Source: an uncultured Gammaproteobacteria bacterium (GTDB taxonomy: Bacteria > Patescibacteriota > Patescibacteriia > S139-126). From it: a stretch of DNA of 64,000 nt. Shown piece after piece: positions 35,632 to 45,232 of this stretch. Location of the stretch: the NCBI GenBank assembly GCA_964620905.1, contig CAZUKA010000001.1, positions 18,141-82,140 on the forward strand, given 5' to 3'. The stretch's first letter is position 1, and the number at the start of each line of letters is the position of its first letter. The notes below the pieces were generated by a model. It was not told where the DNA came from, ran no database searches, and saw only the letters and a program-made list of their open reading frames with translations. The position numbers and the translations under genes were made by a program.

Positions 35632-36818
35632 TTCTTTTCTAAATATTTTTTAAATATATATATAATATAATCAAGATCTTCTTTTTTTAAATCTTGATGA
35701 CAACCAATATAGAATCCATTTTTATTTATATATTTTGCTACTGGATATTCTTTTTCAATATTACCAAAAATTCTTTTATAAATAGGTTGATTCAATAAAG
35801 GCATTAAATATCTTGTTTCTATACCATTTTTTTCTAAATAAAGAATTAAATTGTCCCTTTTTATTTTATTCGAAATGATTAGAATAGGGAAACCTAAGAA
35901 AGAATGCCCCCTATCTTTTAATATTGTTGGTAACTGTAATAAATGATTATATTTTTTTAAACTCCTAATAAGATATTTAGCATTTATATTTCGTTTTCTA
36001 ATTATGTTTTCAATTTTATTTAATTGTTCTAAACCAAGAGCCGCTTCCATTTCTGTTAGTCGATAACTATATCCCACATCTATAAACGAGAATCTTCTAT
36101 CGATAATTTTAAATGCATTTTTATTAGATAAATTATTGTCATCATCAATGTGTAAATATATGGAATCTCTACCATGATTCATTAGACTTTTTATTTTAAT
36201 TGCGTATTTTGGATTATTTGTGGTAGCAATTCCACCAACGCCGGTTGTGATTATATGGGCAACATAGGTTGAAAAACAGCCGATATCTCCAATTGTTCCA
36301 ACTGGTTGATTTTTGTATTTAACTAGCATTGTTTCACATGAGTCCTCAATAATTTTTAAATTATACTTTTTTGCTATTTTTATTATTTCATTCATATCTG
36401 CTGGCAAACCAAATAGATGTACTGGTATAATTGCTTTTGTTTTTTTAGTTATTCTTTCTTCTATTTTAGTTATATCTATATTATAAGTTTCTTTATTTAC
36501 ATCAACAAAAATTGGTTTCATTTTGTTTTGCAAAACAATATTTGAAGTTGCTATAAATGTAATAGCCGGCACTATTACTTCATCATCATCCTTCCATCTA
36601 TGTATTGTTTTCATAGCGTGTAATGATATTTGTAACGCTGCTGTGCCACTAACTGTATATATAGCGAATTTAGAGTTATGGAGTTTTGCAAATTTATTTT
36701 CAAATTTATTTGTTATAGGGCCATATGAAAGTCGGTTATTATCAAGAATTTTTATAATCTGTTTTTTAGCTTGTTTTCCTATATTTAAAGTGCCAATACT
36801 AATATTTCTTTTTTTCAT
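35628..36818 (-). CDS. DegT/DnrJ/EryC1/StrS-family PLP-dependent sugar aminotransferase/dehydratase
   Basis: Family-typical N-terminus and overall layout (...FAIYTVSGTAALQISLHAM...IPVHLFGLPADM...). Lys-containing PLP region is present. Confidence 0.75.
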   Translation of the reverse strand: MKKRNISIGTLNIGKQAKKQIIKILDNNRLSYGPITNKFENKFAKLHNSKFAIYTVSGTAALQISLHAMKTIHRWKDDDEVIVPAITFIATSNIVLQNKMKPIFVDVNKETYNIDITKIEERITKKTKAIIPVHLFGLPADMNEIIKIAKKYNLKIIEDSCETMLVKYKNQPVGTIGDIGCFSTYVAHIITTGVGGIATTNNPKYAIKIKSLMNHGRDSIYLHIDDDNNLSNKNAFKIIDRRFSFIDVGYSYRLTEMEAALGLEQLNKIENIIRKRNINAKYLIRSLKKYNHLLQLPTILKDRGHSFLGFPILIISNKIKRDNLILYLEKNGIETRYLMPLLNQPIYKRIFGNIEKEYPVAKYINKNGFYIGCHQDLKKEDLDYIIYIFKKYLEKK

Positions 36819-36823
36819 AGATT

Positions 36824-37738
36824 TTATTTTAATTTTTTATACCAGTCGATTGTTAGCTCTATACCCTTTTGAAAATTTGTTTTTGGTTTCCAAGAAATTA
36901 GTTTAGCAATATTTGAATTATCAAGGTATTTTTCTTTAAATTTTCTATTATCGATATCCCAAATAATTTTACCTTTGTAGTTCATTTTATAGGAAATAAT
37001 TTTATATATATCGTTAATTTTAATTAATTTTCCTGAGCCAGCATTAATTAAGGTAATATTTTTTTTATTAATAATTTTTTCAATTACCTCTACAGCATCA
37101 TCAACAAATAAAAGGTCAATTTTTTGGTTTGCATTGTTACCGCCTTTTATTTCAGGAATTTTTTTGATCGTAGCATTTTCTAATTGTTTTATAATATTTG
37201 CTATAAGTGGAGGCGGGTTATAATTAAATTTATCTTCTGGTCCATAAAGATTGGGAAATATTATTGTCGTAATATTTGTTCCATATTGTTTTTTATAAGC
37301 CTCAGCCATTGTTTCTAAAATTCTTTTTGCAATACCATATTCTTTTGAGTATTGATTAACATCACCCTTCCATAAATCTTCTTCTCTCAGCTTACCTTCA
37401 ATATTATCAGGGTAAGCAGTAATTGATCCAATAAGAATAACTCTTACATTTTTAATTTTTTTTGCAGCTTCAAGAATTTGTAAATTGATCAATAAATTTT
37501 TATATAAAACTTCTGATGGTCTTAAATTTTGTTCTGTTCTACTTAAAACAAGTCCAGCAAGATTAATAATAATATTTTTTCCCTTAACCAATTTTAAACA
37601 GTTGTTTAATTTTGTTAGGTCATACTCGGTGCTTTTTGGTGTATAAATATTATAATTTTTATTATTTTTTAGTTTTTTGATCAATCGTTTACCCAGAAAA
37701 CCGGTCGCACCAGTTATTAAAATTTTTTTCTTTGTCAT
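36824..37738 (-). CDS. NAD(P)-dependent nucleotide-sugar epimerase/reductase (SDR extended family)
   Basis: Rossmann GxxGxxG motif KKILITGATGFLGKRL, and catalytic YxxxK (YGIAKRILE). Confidence 0.7.
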   Translation of the reverse strand: MTKKKILITGATGFLGKRLIKKLKNNKNYNIYTPKSTEYDLTKLNNCLKLVKGKNIIINLAGLVLSRTEQNLRPSEVLYKNLLINLQILEAAKKIKNVRVILIGSITAYPDNIEGKLREEDLWKGDVNQYSKEYGIAKRILETMAEAYKKQYGTNITTIIFPNLYGPEDKFNYNPPPLIANIIKQLENATIKKIPEIKGGNNANQKIDLLFVDDAVEVIEKIINKKNITLINAGSGKLIKINDIYKIISYKMNYKGKIIWDIDNRKFKEKYLDNSNIAKLISWKPKTNFQKGIELTIDWYKKLK

Positions 37739-39024
37739 AAATTTATATTTACAATAGAATTAATATGTTTTTTTATATCTTTCAAAAATATTTGTTCGGT
37801 ATAATTTTTTAATATTTCTTCTCTTGATAATTTTGAGCGATTAAGTAAGTTTTCATTTGTTTCTAAAAGTATTTTTTGAATAATCGTATTTATATCTTCT
37901 ATTTGAAAGCTATTTAGGGTAAAACCAAAGTTTTTGGTATCAATATTGCATTCCGGAGTGACAATAGGGATTAAACCGTATTGCATACAATCAAGTACGC
38001 CACCGGGCATACCTTCATGGGCAGATGGTTGGATAATATAGTTGCATTTTTTTATAATTTCATAAAATTTTTTTGATCTTTGTTTTAGATAACCAAGCAG
38101 ATGGATGTTTGGATATTTTTTTAAATCATAAATTTTTTGCAGTTCCGGCGAAATTTGCGAGCAGATAAATATATTGTAGTCAGAATTTTTGGTAAATATT
38201 TCAAGTAGTAAATCAAGACCTTTTTCAATATTTCTGTAACCACCACTAAAAAATAAAAAGTTTTTTTTGTTTTTTTCTATATCATTTATTCCTTTATTAT
38301 AATGAAAATATTTATCTACATAAACCCCATTGATTGTGTGGTGAACGTTAGGTAAAGAATCATATGTTTTAGCTAAATTGTCGCCAACTGTAATAATTCC
38401 ATTTGCATAAGATAGGAGCGGATCAACTTTTCTACCCAGATTTTCAATTTCTTTTAGTTGATGGGTGAGTTCATTTTGCAAGTTTAAATTGTGACGCTGG
38501 GTGAAATAATCATATCTTTGTTTTATTTTTTCTTTTCTAACTCGCCAATAAGCGCCTGTATCAAAATAAATATATTTTCCACTAGCTTTTAAATTGTCTT
38601 TAATTATTTTTTGATCATAGATATTGTGTACAACCATTAAATCATATTTTTTATGACCATTGTATTTAAAATAATCACTGTCAATTATATCCACAACAAA
38701 GCCAAGCTCATTTAAAGCCCTAGTAATATTTATGACTAAACCATTGTTACTAAAATAAAATTTCATTTTTCCAACAAAGTGTTTTTTGTAAATAGGAAAA
38801 CGAAAAAATATTAGTAGCGCCTTTTTTGGTTTTATATTGTGTAGTAAATCTTTTTTATAAGCAGGTAAAACATTTTTATCACCAACAAATATCAATCCTT
38901 TAATAGTAAAATACAAATATGCCAAAAAATATATAAGTTTATTTATCAGGATATTAATAAACTCAAACAAAGTCAGGTTCGCTGATCCGAAAAGCCAAAT
39001 ATTTCTTTTTATATTTTTGATCAT
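37735..39024 (-). CDS. glycosyltransferase (GT-B fold, GT4-like)
   Basis: C-terminal IIQPSAHEGMPGGVLDCMQYGLIPIVTPECNID. Confidence 0.6.
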   Translation of the reverse strand: MIKNIKRNIWLFGSANLTLFEFINILINKLIYFLAYLYFTIKGLIFVGDKNVLPAYKKDLLHNIKPKKALLIFFRFPIYKKHFVGKMKFYFSNNGLVINITRALNELGFVVDIIDSDYFKYNGHKKYDLMVVHNIYDQKIIKDNLKASGKYIYFDTGAYWRVRKEKIKQRYDYFTQRHNLNLQNELTHQLKEIENLGRKVDPLLSYANGIITVGDNLAKTYDSLPNVHHTINGVYVDKYFHYNKGINDIEKNKKNFLFFSGGYRNIEKGLDLLLEIFTKNSDYNIFICSQISPELQKIYDLKKYPNIHLLGYLKQRSKKFYEIIKKCNYIIQPSAHEGMPGGVLDCMQYGLIPIVTPECNIDTKNFGFTLNSFQIEDINTIIQKILLETNENLLNRSKLSREEILKNYTEQIFLKDIKKHINSIVNINL

Positions 39025-40352
39025 ATTTTTTGTCTATATTTGTGTATAAACATTTGACGAATTTTTAGGATTACCCAGACTGTCAAAGGCAGAGAAGAAT
39101 AGGAAACAAGCGTTGCTATAGCTGCGCCGTTTATTCCGTAGATCGGAATAAAAATAAAATTTAGTGTAAGATTTAAAATCATACCAATACAAGAAGATAT
39201 AAAAAATATTTTGGTAAAATTTTCAGTAATCAAGTACTGATTTACCACTTCGGCAATTGCCAGGCCAATTCCCGCCCAAACATAAATTTGCAGTACGGAA
39301 ATGGCTGGCAGATAAGCAGAGCCAAAGAAGATTTTAATAATTGGTTTAGCTAGTAGGAATATAGGCAAAGAAATTGATATAGATATTATAAATATCAAAA
39401 GTAGGAGATCTTTGAGTCTTTTTTTATAGACAATCTCATTTATTTTTTTGGCATTCACAATTGCTGGTACTAAGGAAGCAGTGATTAAACCCGGGATAAA
39501 ATACCAGACCTCGGCTACTCTGACAGCTACATCATAAAATCCAACTGCAGTTTGGTTGATCATATGTTTTACCATAATCTGATCAAAGCGTGAGTAGATT
39601 AAGGCAAAGACACTGACAAAAAGTAGGGGCCAGGAATCTCGTAGGATTTGTTTGGCCATATTTTTATTGAACCGCCAAGAGAAAATGTTTTGTTTGAATA
39701 TTTTATAAATCAGCAAAAAACTCAAAGCATAAAGTATGCTTTCTAAAAGATAAACTGCCGAAAAATAAATTATTCCTTTTCCCGACAGAACCAAAATAAT
39801 TTTTATTACCGATAAAATAAAAATCACACAAATTGAAGCGATAGTTGGGTATTTTGAAAGTAATTGTGAACCAAAAAAACCGTTGACAACATAGAATGAT
39901 TGAAAGATAAAAGCAAATGCAATAAGTAGTATTAAGATGTTGGCGGTATTTTCTTGTTGCAAAATTAAAATAGTGACTAAAACCGAAAGAAAAGCCAATA
40001 TCCCGCCCATGATTTTAAGAAAAAATGAAGTTCCTAAATATTCGTTTCTTTTTTCTGGATATCTGATTATTTCTCGATATACAATTTGATCAATGCCAAG
40101 ATTGGCAATAAATGAAAATAGACCTACAAAACTCACTGCATAACTAAGGAGTCCATAATTAGAAGGTCCTAGATAGCGAGCAACATAAGCCATTACAAAA
40201 AATGAAACAATTAAACTAAAAATTTTCCCCAAAAAAATCCAACCTGTATTGTGCAGGTACTTTTTAAATCCTTCAAGATCAAAATATTCTTTTAGACTGA
40301 TTATTCGATTGTATAAACTTGCTATCATTTTTTTACTCTTTTGTAACCACAC
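39021..40352 (-). CDS. wzx: polysaccharide biosynthesis flippase (Wzx; MOP/MATE superfamily)
   Basis: 12 or more predicted TM helices, about 443 aa. The N-terminal region YLGPSNYGLLSYAVSFVGLFSFIANLGIDQIVYREI is typical of Wzx-family O-unit flippases. Confidence 0.7.
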   Translation of the reverse strand: MWLQKSKKMIASLYNRIISLKEYFDLEGFKKYLHNTGWIFLGKIFSLIVSFFVMAYVARYLGPSNYGLLSYAVSFVGLFSFIANLGIDQIVYREIIRYPEKRNEYLGTSFFLKIMGGILAFLSVLVTILILQQENTANILILLIAFAFIFQSFYVVNGFFGSQLLSKYPTIASICVIFILSVIKIILVLSGKGIIYFSAVYLLESILYALSFLLIYKIFKQNIFSWRFNKNMAKQILRDSWPLLFVSVFALIYSRFDQIMVKHMINQTAVGFYDVAVRVAEVWYFIPGLITASLVPAIVNAKKINEIVYKKRLKDLLLLIFIISISISLPIFLLAKPIIKIFFGSAYLPAISVLQIYVWAGIGLAIAEVVNQYLITENFTKIFFISSCIGMILNLTLNFIFIPIYGINGAAIATLVSYSSLPLTVWVILKIRQMFIHKYRQKI

Positions 40353-41145
40353 ACAAATACTGATGATTGTGGAAAAAAGAAATTTTTAAAAATAGTTTAT
40401 TTATTCCTTTTATAAATAGATTGGGATTATTGAGATTAACAAAAATTCCGCCAAATTCATGATACAAACCACCCAGATGATCAATGGGTACTTTTTCAAC
40501 TATTTTAAATCCAGCTGTGGTTAATTCTCGTTCAAACTCTTGTTTGGTAAATCTGTATTCAAAAAAATCTCCTTTGACTGGCCAACGATTGTATTTATAG
40601 TTTATCTTTTCTTTGTTTTTATTTTTATATAACCACTCCGAACCCTTTTTAAATAAGTGATAGAAAATTCTTAGATAATAATCCAAATAATTCAGTCCGG
40701 TATATTTTTTTATGATCCGTAAATAGTTAAAACAGGGGACAGTGATGATGGCTATGCCACCAGGTTTTAGCACACGTTGCATCTCTTGGAGAGGTTTGCT
40801 GGGTCCATCAATAAAATGTTCCACTACACCAAGAGAAAGGACGCCACCAAAATAGTTGTTGGGAAAATTTAAATTTTCTATATCACCATAAGCAACATTT
40901 AGCTTTGGTTCCAAAGAATTACAAATTTCTACTGATTTTTTGTTTATCTCTATGCCAATGGCTTGATAACCCTTATTTTCCAAGAATTTTACATATTGAC
41001 CCAAACCGCAACCAGCTTCCAATATAAAATCATTTTTTTTAAAATATTTATAAATATAGGTAGTGATAATACTGGTATCACAAGCCGCAAGTAAATTGTA
41101 AAATTCTTTGGGATTCCAATTGAAAGTTGGCGTGTGTTTATCCAT
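40333..41145 (-). CDS. class I SAM-dependent methyltransferase
   Basis: Motif [12 protein letters not shown] and motif post-[12 protein letters not shown]. Confidence 0.7.
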   Translation of the reverse strand: MDKHTPTFNWNPKEFYNLLAACDTSIITTYIYKYFKKNDFILEAGCGLGQYVKFLENKGYQAIGIEINKKSVEICNSLEPKLNVAYGDIENLNFPNNYFGGVLSLGVVEHFIDGPSKPLQEMQRVLKPGGIAIITVPCFNYLRIIKKYTGLNYLDYYLRIFYHLFKKGSEWLYKNKNKEKINYKYNRWPVKGDFFEYRFTKQEFERELTTAGFKIVEKVPIDHLGGLYHEFGGIFVNLNNPNLFIKGINKLFLKISFFHNHQYLCVVTKE

Positions 41146-42076
41146 ATTTTTCAGTATAGAATTTATAATATTTTTTTAGTCCTTCAGCTAAATTTATTTT
41201 ATGTCGCCAACCCAATTTTTTTAATTTTGTAATATCTAGTAGTTTACGAGGGGTGCCGTCTGGTTTGGTTTTATCCCAAATAATTTTACCTGGATAATTG
41301 ATAGTTTGTTTTATGAGTAAAGCTAAATCTGCAATACTTAGTTCGTCACCTGTACCGATATTTATTATTTCCGAATCATTGTAATTTTGCATCAAAAATA
41401 TACAAGCATCTGCTAGGTCGTCAACATACATAAATTCTCGTTTAGGTTTACCTGTACCCCAAACTGTGACGGTGGGGGATTTGTTTATTTTTGCTTCATG
41501 AAATTTTCGCAGTAAGGCGGGTAGCACATGTGCTGTTTCTAGGTTGAAGTTGTCATTTGGACCATAAAGGTTGGTGGGCATCACGGAAATAAAATTTGTT
41601 CCATATTGTTTATTGTAGGCCTGGCACATTTTGATACCAGCTATTTTAGCAATTGCGTATGGTTCATTGGTTGGTTCTAATTTGCCAGTAAGCAAGTATT
41701 CCTCTTTGATTGGTTGAGGCGAGTACTTTGGATAAATACAAGAAGAACCTAAAAATAAAAGTTTTTTAACTCCTGTCAGGTAAGCATTGTGGATTATATT
41801 GTTTTGGATAGTAATATTTTGAAAAATAAAATCAGCCGGATAATTGCTATTGGCATGAATTCCACCCACTTTAGCTGCTGCCAAAAATACATAGTCTGGT
41901 TTTTCTTTTTGAAAAAATTGAGCAACCTTGTGGGCAGCAAATAAATCAAGTTGTTTTCTAGTTCTAGTGATAATATTTGTATAACCTTTATTTTGTAACT
42001 GTCGATAAATTGCTGATCCTACAAGTCCGGTATGACCGGCAAGATAAATTTTACTTTTTTTGTTCATAGTTTTCAT
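41138..42076 (-). CDS. fcl: GDP-L-fucose synthase (GDP-4-keto-6-deoxy-D-mannose-3,5-epimerase-4-reductase)
   Basis: [19 protein letters not shown]...[22 protein letters not shown]...[20 protein letters not shown] matches Fcl/WcaG. Overlaps gmd by 26 nt. Confidence 0.85.
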   Translation of the reverse strand: MKTMNKKSKIYLAGHTGLVGSAIYRQLQNKGYTNIITRTRKQLDLFAAHKVAQFFQKEKPDYVFLAAAKVGGIHANSNYPADFIFQNITIQNNIIHNAYLTGVKKLLFLGSSCIYPKYSPQPIKEEYLLTGKLEPTNEPYAIAKIAGIKMCQAYNKQYGTNFISVMPTNLYGPNDNFNLETAHVLPALLRKFHEAKINKSPTVTVWGTGKPKREFMYVDDLADACIFLMQNYNDSEIINIGTGDELSIADLALLIKQTINYPGKIIWDKTKPDGTPRKLLDITKLKKLGWRHKINLAEGLKKYYKFYTEKYG

Positions 42077-43094
42077 TGATTAAATCTTCTTCGCACATAA
42101 GTTTTACCAGCTCCGCAAAGGTGGTAGTTGGACTCCAGCCAAGTTTTTCCTTGGCCTTTGTGAAGTCACCTTGCAAAATATCAACTTCAGCCGGGCGGAA
42201 ATATTTTTGATCTATTTCTATTAATATTTTACCAGATTTTTTATCAATGCCTTTTTCCTCCACGCCTTTGTTTTGCCAAACAATTTCATAATCAAAATGC
42301 TTGGCAGCTATTTCCACAAATTCACGCACCGAGTGTGATTCGTTGGTTGCTAAGATGTAGTCATCTGGTTCTGCCTGTTGCAACATCAGCCACATTCCTT
42401 CTGCATAGTCTCTGGCATAACCCCAATCACGTTTGGCATCTAGATTTCCCAAATAGAGTTTTTCTTCTATACCCAGTTTGATGCGTGCTAGCCCTCGGGT
42501 GATTTTTCTAGTGACAAAGGTTTCACCACGTCTGGGGGATTCGTGGTTAAATAAAATGCCATTGGCGGCAAAAAGACCATAGCTTTCGCGGTAGTTTTTG
42601 GTAATCCAGTAAGCATAGACTTTAGCCACACCATAAGGAGATCTGGGATAAAAGGGTGAAGTTTCTTTCAGCGGTATTTCGTGGGCCATGCCAAACATCT
42701 CACTGGATGATGCTTGATAAAATTTGGTCTTGATGCCAGTTTCACGTATCGCATCAAGCAACCTAAGTGTACCAAGTGCCGTGACATTGCCGGTGTATTC
42801 GGGAATATCAAAACTTACCCTGACATGACTTTGCGCACCTAAGTGATAGATTTCATCAGGGTTGATTTTGGCAAGTAAACGATCTAGATTTGACCCGTCA
42901 GACAAATCACCATAGTGTAAGAAAAGTTTTACACCAAGGATGTGAGGGTCTTTATACAAATGATCAATGCGGGCAGTATTGAAAGTAGAAGCGCGACGGA
43001 TAATACCGTGAACCTCATAGCCTTTACTAAGGAGTAGTTCCGCAAGGTAAGATCCGTCTTGTCCGGTGATACCGGTTATTAATGCTTTTTTCAT
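42051..43094 (-). CDS. gmd: GDP-mannose 4,6-dehydratase
   Basis: [47 protein letters not shown] is near-diagnostic for Gmd. First gene of a 14-gene overlapping minus-strand operon. Confidence 0.9.
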   Translation of the reverse strand: MKKALITGITGQDGSYLAELLLSKGYEVHGIIRRASTFNTARIDHLYKDPHILGVKLFLHYGDLSDGSNLDRLLAKINPDEIYHLGAQSHVRVSFDIPEYTGNVTALGTLRLLDAIRETGIKTKFYQASSSEMFGMAHEIPLKETSPFYPRSPYGVAKVYAYWITKNYRESYGLFAANGILFNHESPRRGETFVTRKITRGLARIKLGIEEKLYLGNLDAKRDWGYARDYAEGMWLMLQQAEPDDYILATNESHSVREFVEIAAKHFDYEIVWQNKGVEEKGIDKKSGKILIEIDQKYFRPAEVDILQGDFTKAKEKLGWSPTTTFAELVKLMCEEDLINENYEQKK

Positions 43095-43170
43095 AGAATG
43101 AATGATTTATGATTTATGATGTATGATTTACGAATTATTCTTAAATCCTAATTCTTACTTCTTAAATCTT

Positions 43171-43449
43171 TTACGCGTCCCAATCCTTCATCGTTTCAAT
43201 CGCTTTCATTTTTAGTTTCAAATATTTATCCACGGCTTTTTTTTCTAGTTCAGGAGAAACTAAACGCAACAACTCAAGTCCCAAGATTCGGTATTGTTTA
43301 CCGACTTTGTTGGCTTTCAAAACCCCGCGTTTAAGTAGGCGCTTCATCGTGCTATTGGATACTTTCAAGATTTTTTCTGCTTCGCTCGTTGTATACACAC
43401 CGTGGGGGACTATTTCTTCGGTTTTATTTAACTTTAGTTCAGTAGACAT
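43171..43449 (-). CDS. small helix-turn-helix DNA-binding protein (excisionase/MerR-type HTH)
   Basis: YTTSEAEKILKVSNSTMKRLLKRGVLKANKVGKQYRI is paralogous to the 11206-11487 gene. It is divergent from wbaP. Confidence 0.55.
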   Translation of the reverse strand: MSTELKLNKTEEIVPHGVYTTSEAEKILKVSNSTMKRLLKRGVLKANKVGKQYRILGLELLRLVSPELEKKAVDKYLKLKMKAIETMKDWDA

Positions 43450-43686
43450 AGTTTAGAGTGTAGAAAGATTTAAGATTTATGATTTAAGAATAATTATTAT
43501 TACTATTTTAGTATATAATATGGTGTCATTAGGTGTCAAGTGGTATCATACGAGTTAAAAGTTGATAAAGTTTATAAAGTTGAAAGTTTATTCTGTCAAT
43601 TCATTCCAAATTCAAGATTCTAGATTCTATATTCTACCTGCTGTTTGCTTTTTTAGTGCCCAAAAGATAGAATAAAATCATAATTT

Positions 43687-45012
43687 ATGGGAAATTTTTG
43701 GCTAAAAACAAGAAATTGGTTTTTACTAGGAGGTGATGTTTTACTTCTTTATGGGTCACTGGCTTTGGCTCTATTTATTAGGTATTCGGAAAATTTTTAT
43801 TCTGCCTGGTGGTTACACCTAGTACCGTTTAGTTTGATTTTTTTCTTGTGGGTGATTGTTTTTTATATTAGCGGGTTTTATGATTTGCGCCGAGCTAAAA
43901 ATCAATCTCAGTTTTTTGTTCAGTTACTACTTATTATATCACTGGCTGGACTGATTGGCATGGCGGTATTTTATCTGTGGCCGTCTTTGGGAATTTCTCC
44001 CAAAACTAACTTAGCTTTGACTTTGGCTTTGGCTACCGTATTTTTGTTTGCTTGGCGATTGTTGTTTAACTCTTTAGTATCGCAACCTCAGAAAAAAATC
44101 TTGTTGATTGGTGAGCATACCCAAAGTATAGAGCTTGCTACCCAACTCAACAATCACCCGCAGTGGGGTTATCAAGTGGCAGCAATCATCACCCCTGAAA
44201 AATTTGTTGATTACAAAGATAAGTTGCCCGCTTTAAGGATTTCTACCTTGGTAATTTCCGATGATTTGTATCAAACTCAAACTCTAACTGATGCTTTGTA
44301 TGATAGTATGTCCTCACGGGTAGAAATGTATACTTTGACCAAATTTTATGAACAATTGGTCAAAAAAATTCCTTTGTCAGTTATTTCCAAAGTTTGGTTT
44401 TTGGACAATCTTACTGAACGCGACAAGCAAGCTTTTGATAAAATTAAACGTTTGGTAGATATAGTTTTGAGTTTAACTGGTTTGATAGTAAGTTTACCGT
44501 TTTATCCCTTGCTTTATTTGCTGGTGAAGTCCGATTCCCGCGGACCATTTTTTTACACCCAAGTGCGACTGGGGAAATTGGGTCGGACGTTCGTGATAGT
44601 AAAAATTAGATCGATGGTGCAGAACGCTGAAAAAAATGGCGCCGAGTGGGCAGTACCGGGAGACGCGCGGGTAACTAGGATCGGAAAGATTTTTCGTAAA
44701 ATTAGACTAGATGAACTGCCACAACTTTTCAATGTCTTGTGGGGCGAGATGAGTTTTGTAGGCCCCAGGCCGGAGCGGCCGGAATTTATCAATCAGCTGG
44801 AAGAGTCAATTCCTTATTATAAGCAACGGTTGCTAGTAAAGCCTGGGCTTACCGGTTGGGCACAGGTAAATTTTAAATATTCATCTGATGTGGAGGGGGC
44901 TTTGGAAAAATTGCAGTATGATCTCTACTATATAAAGAATCGTTCCTTGTTTTTGGATCTCACTATACTTCTTAAAACTGTAAAAATGGTGCTAAAAGGA
45001 GGAGGGCATTAG
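43687..45012 (+). CDS. wbaP: undecaprenyl-phosphate sugar phosphotransferase (WbaP/bacterial sugar transferase family; initiating enzyme)
   Basis: N-terminal TM helices. C-terminal catalytic domain carries RLDELPQLFNVLWGEMSFVGPRPERPEF and KPGLTGWAQVN, the hallmark of polyprenyl-phosphate hexose-1-phosphate transferases. Confidence 0.9.
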   Translation: MGNFWLKTRNWFLLGGDVLLLYGSLALALFIRYSENFYSAWWLHLVPFSLIFFLWVIVFYISGFYDLRRAKNQSQFFVQLLLIISLAGLIGMAVFYLWPSLGISPKTNLALTLALATVFLFAWRLLFNSLVSQPQKKILLIGEHTQSIELATQLNNHPQWGYQVAAIITPEKFVDYKDKLPALRISTLVISDDLYQTQTLTDALYDSMSSRVEMYTLTKFYEQLVKKIPLSVISKVWFLDNLTERDKQAFDKIKRLVDIVLSLTGLIVSLPFYPLLYLLVKSDSRGPFFYTQVRLGKLGRTFVIVKIRSMVQNAEKNGAEWAVPGDARVTRIGKIFRKIRLDELPQLFNVLWGEMSFVGPRPERPEFINQLEESIPYYKQRLLVKPGLTGWAQVNFKYSSDVEGALEKLQYDLYYIKNRSLFLDLTILLKTVKMVLKGGGH

Positions 45013-45232
45013 GGAGGGTTAGAATTAAGAATATAGAATTAAGAAGTAAGTATTAAGGGGGACAAAGAGATAAATATTTAATTTTTGAATTTTATAATTT
45101 TTAAATAAATCTAAATTTTTAAACATTAAAAATTATTTACAAAATTAAAAATTACAAAATTACAAAATTTCATTTTAAGTTTTAAATAAAACTTAAAATG
45201 TAGTATAATATTGATACTAAATTGGTCAGTAG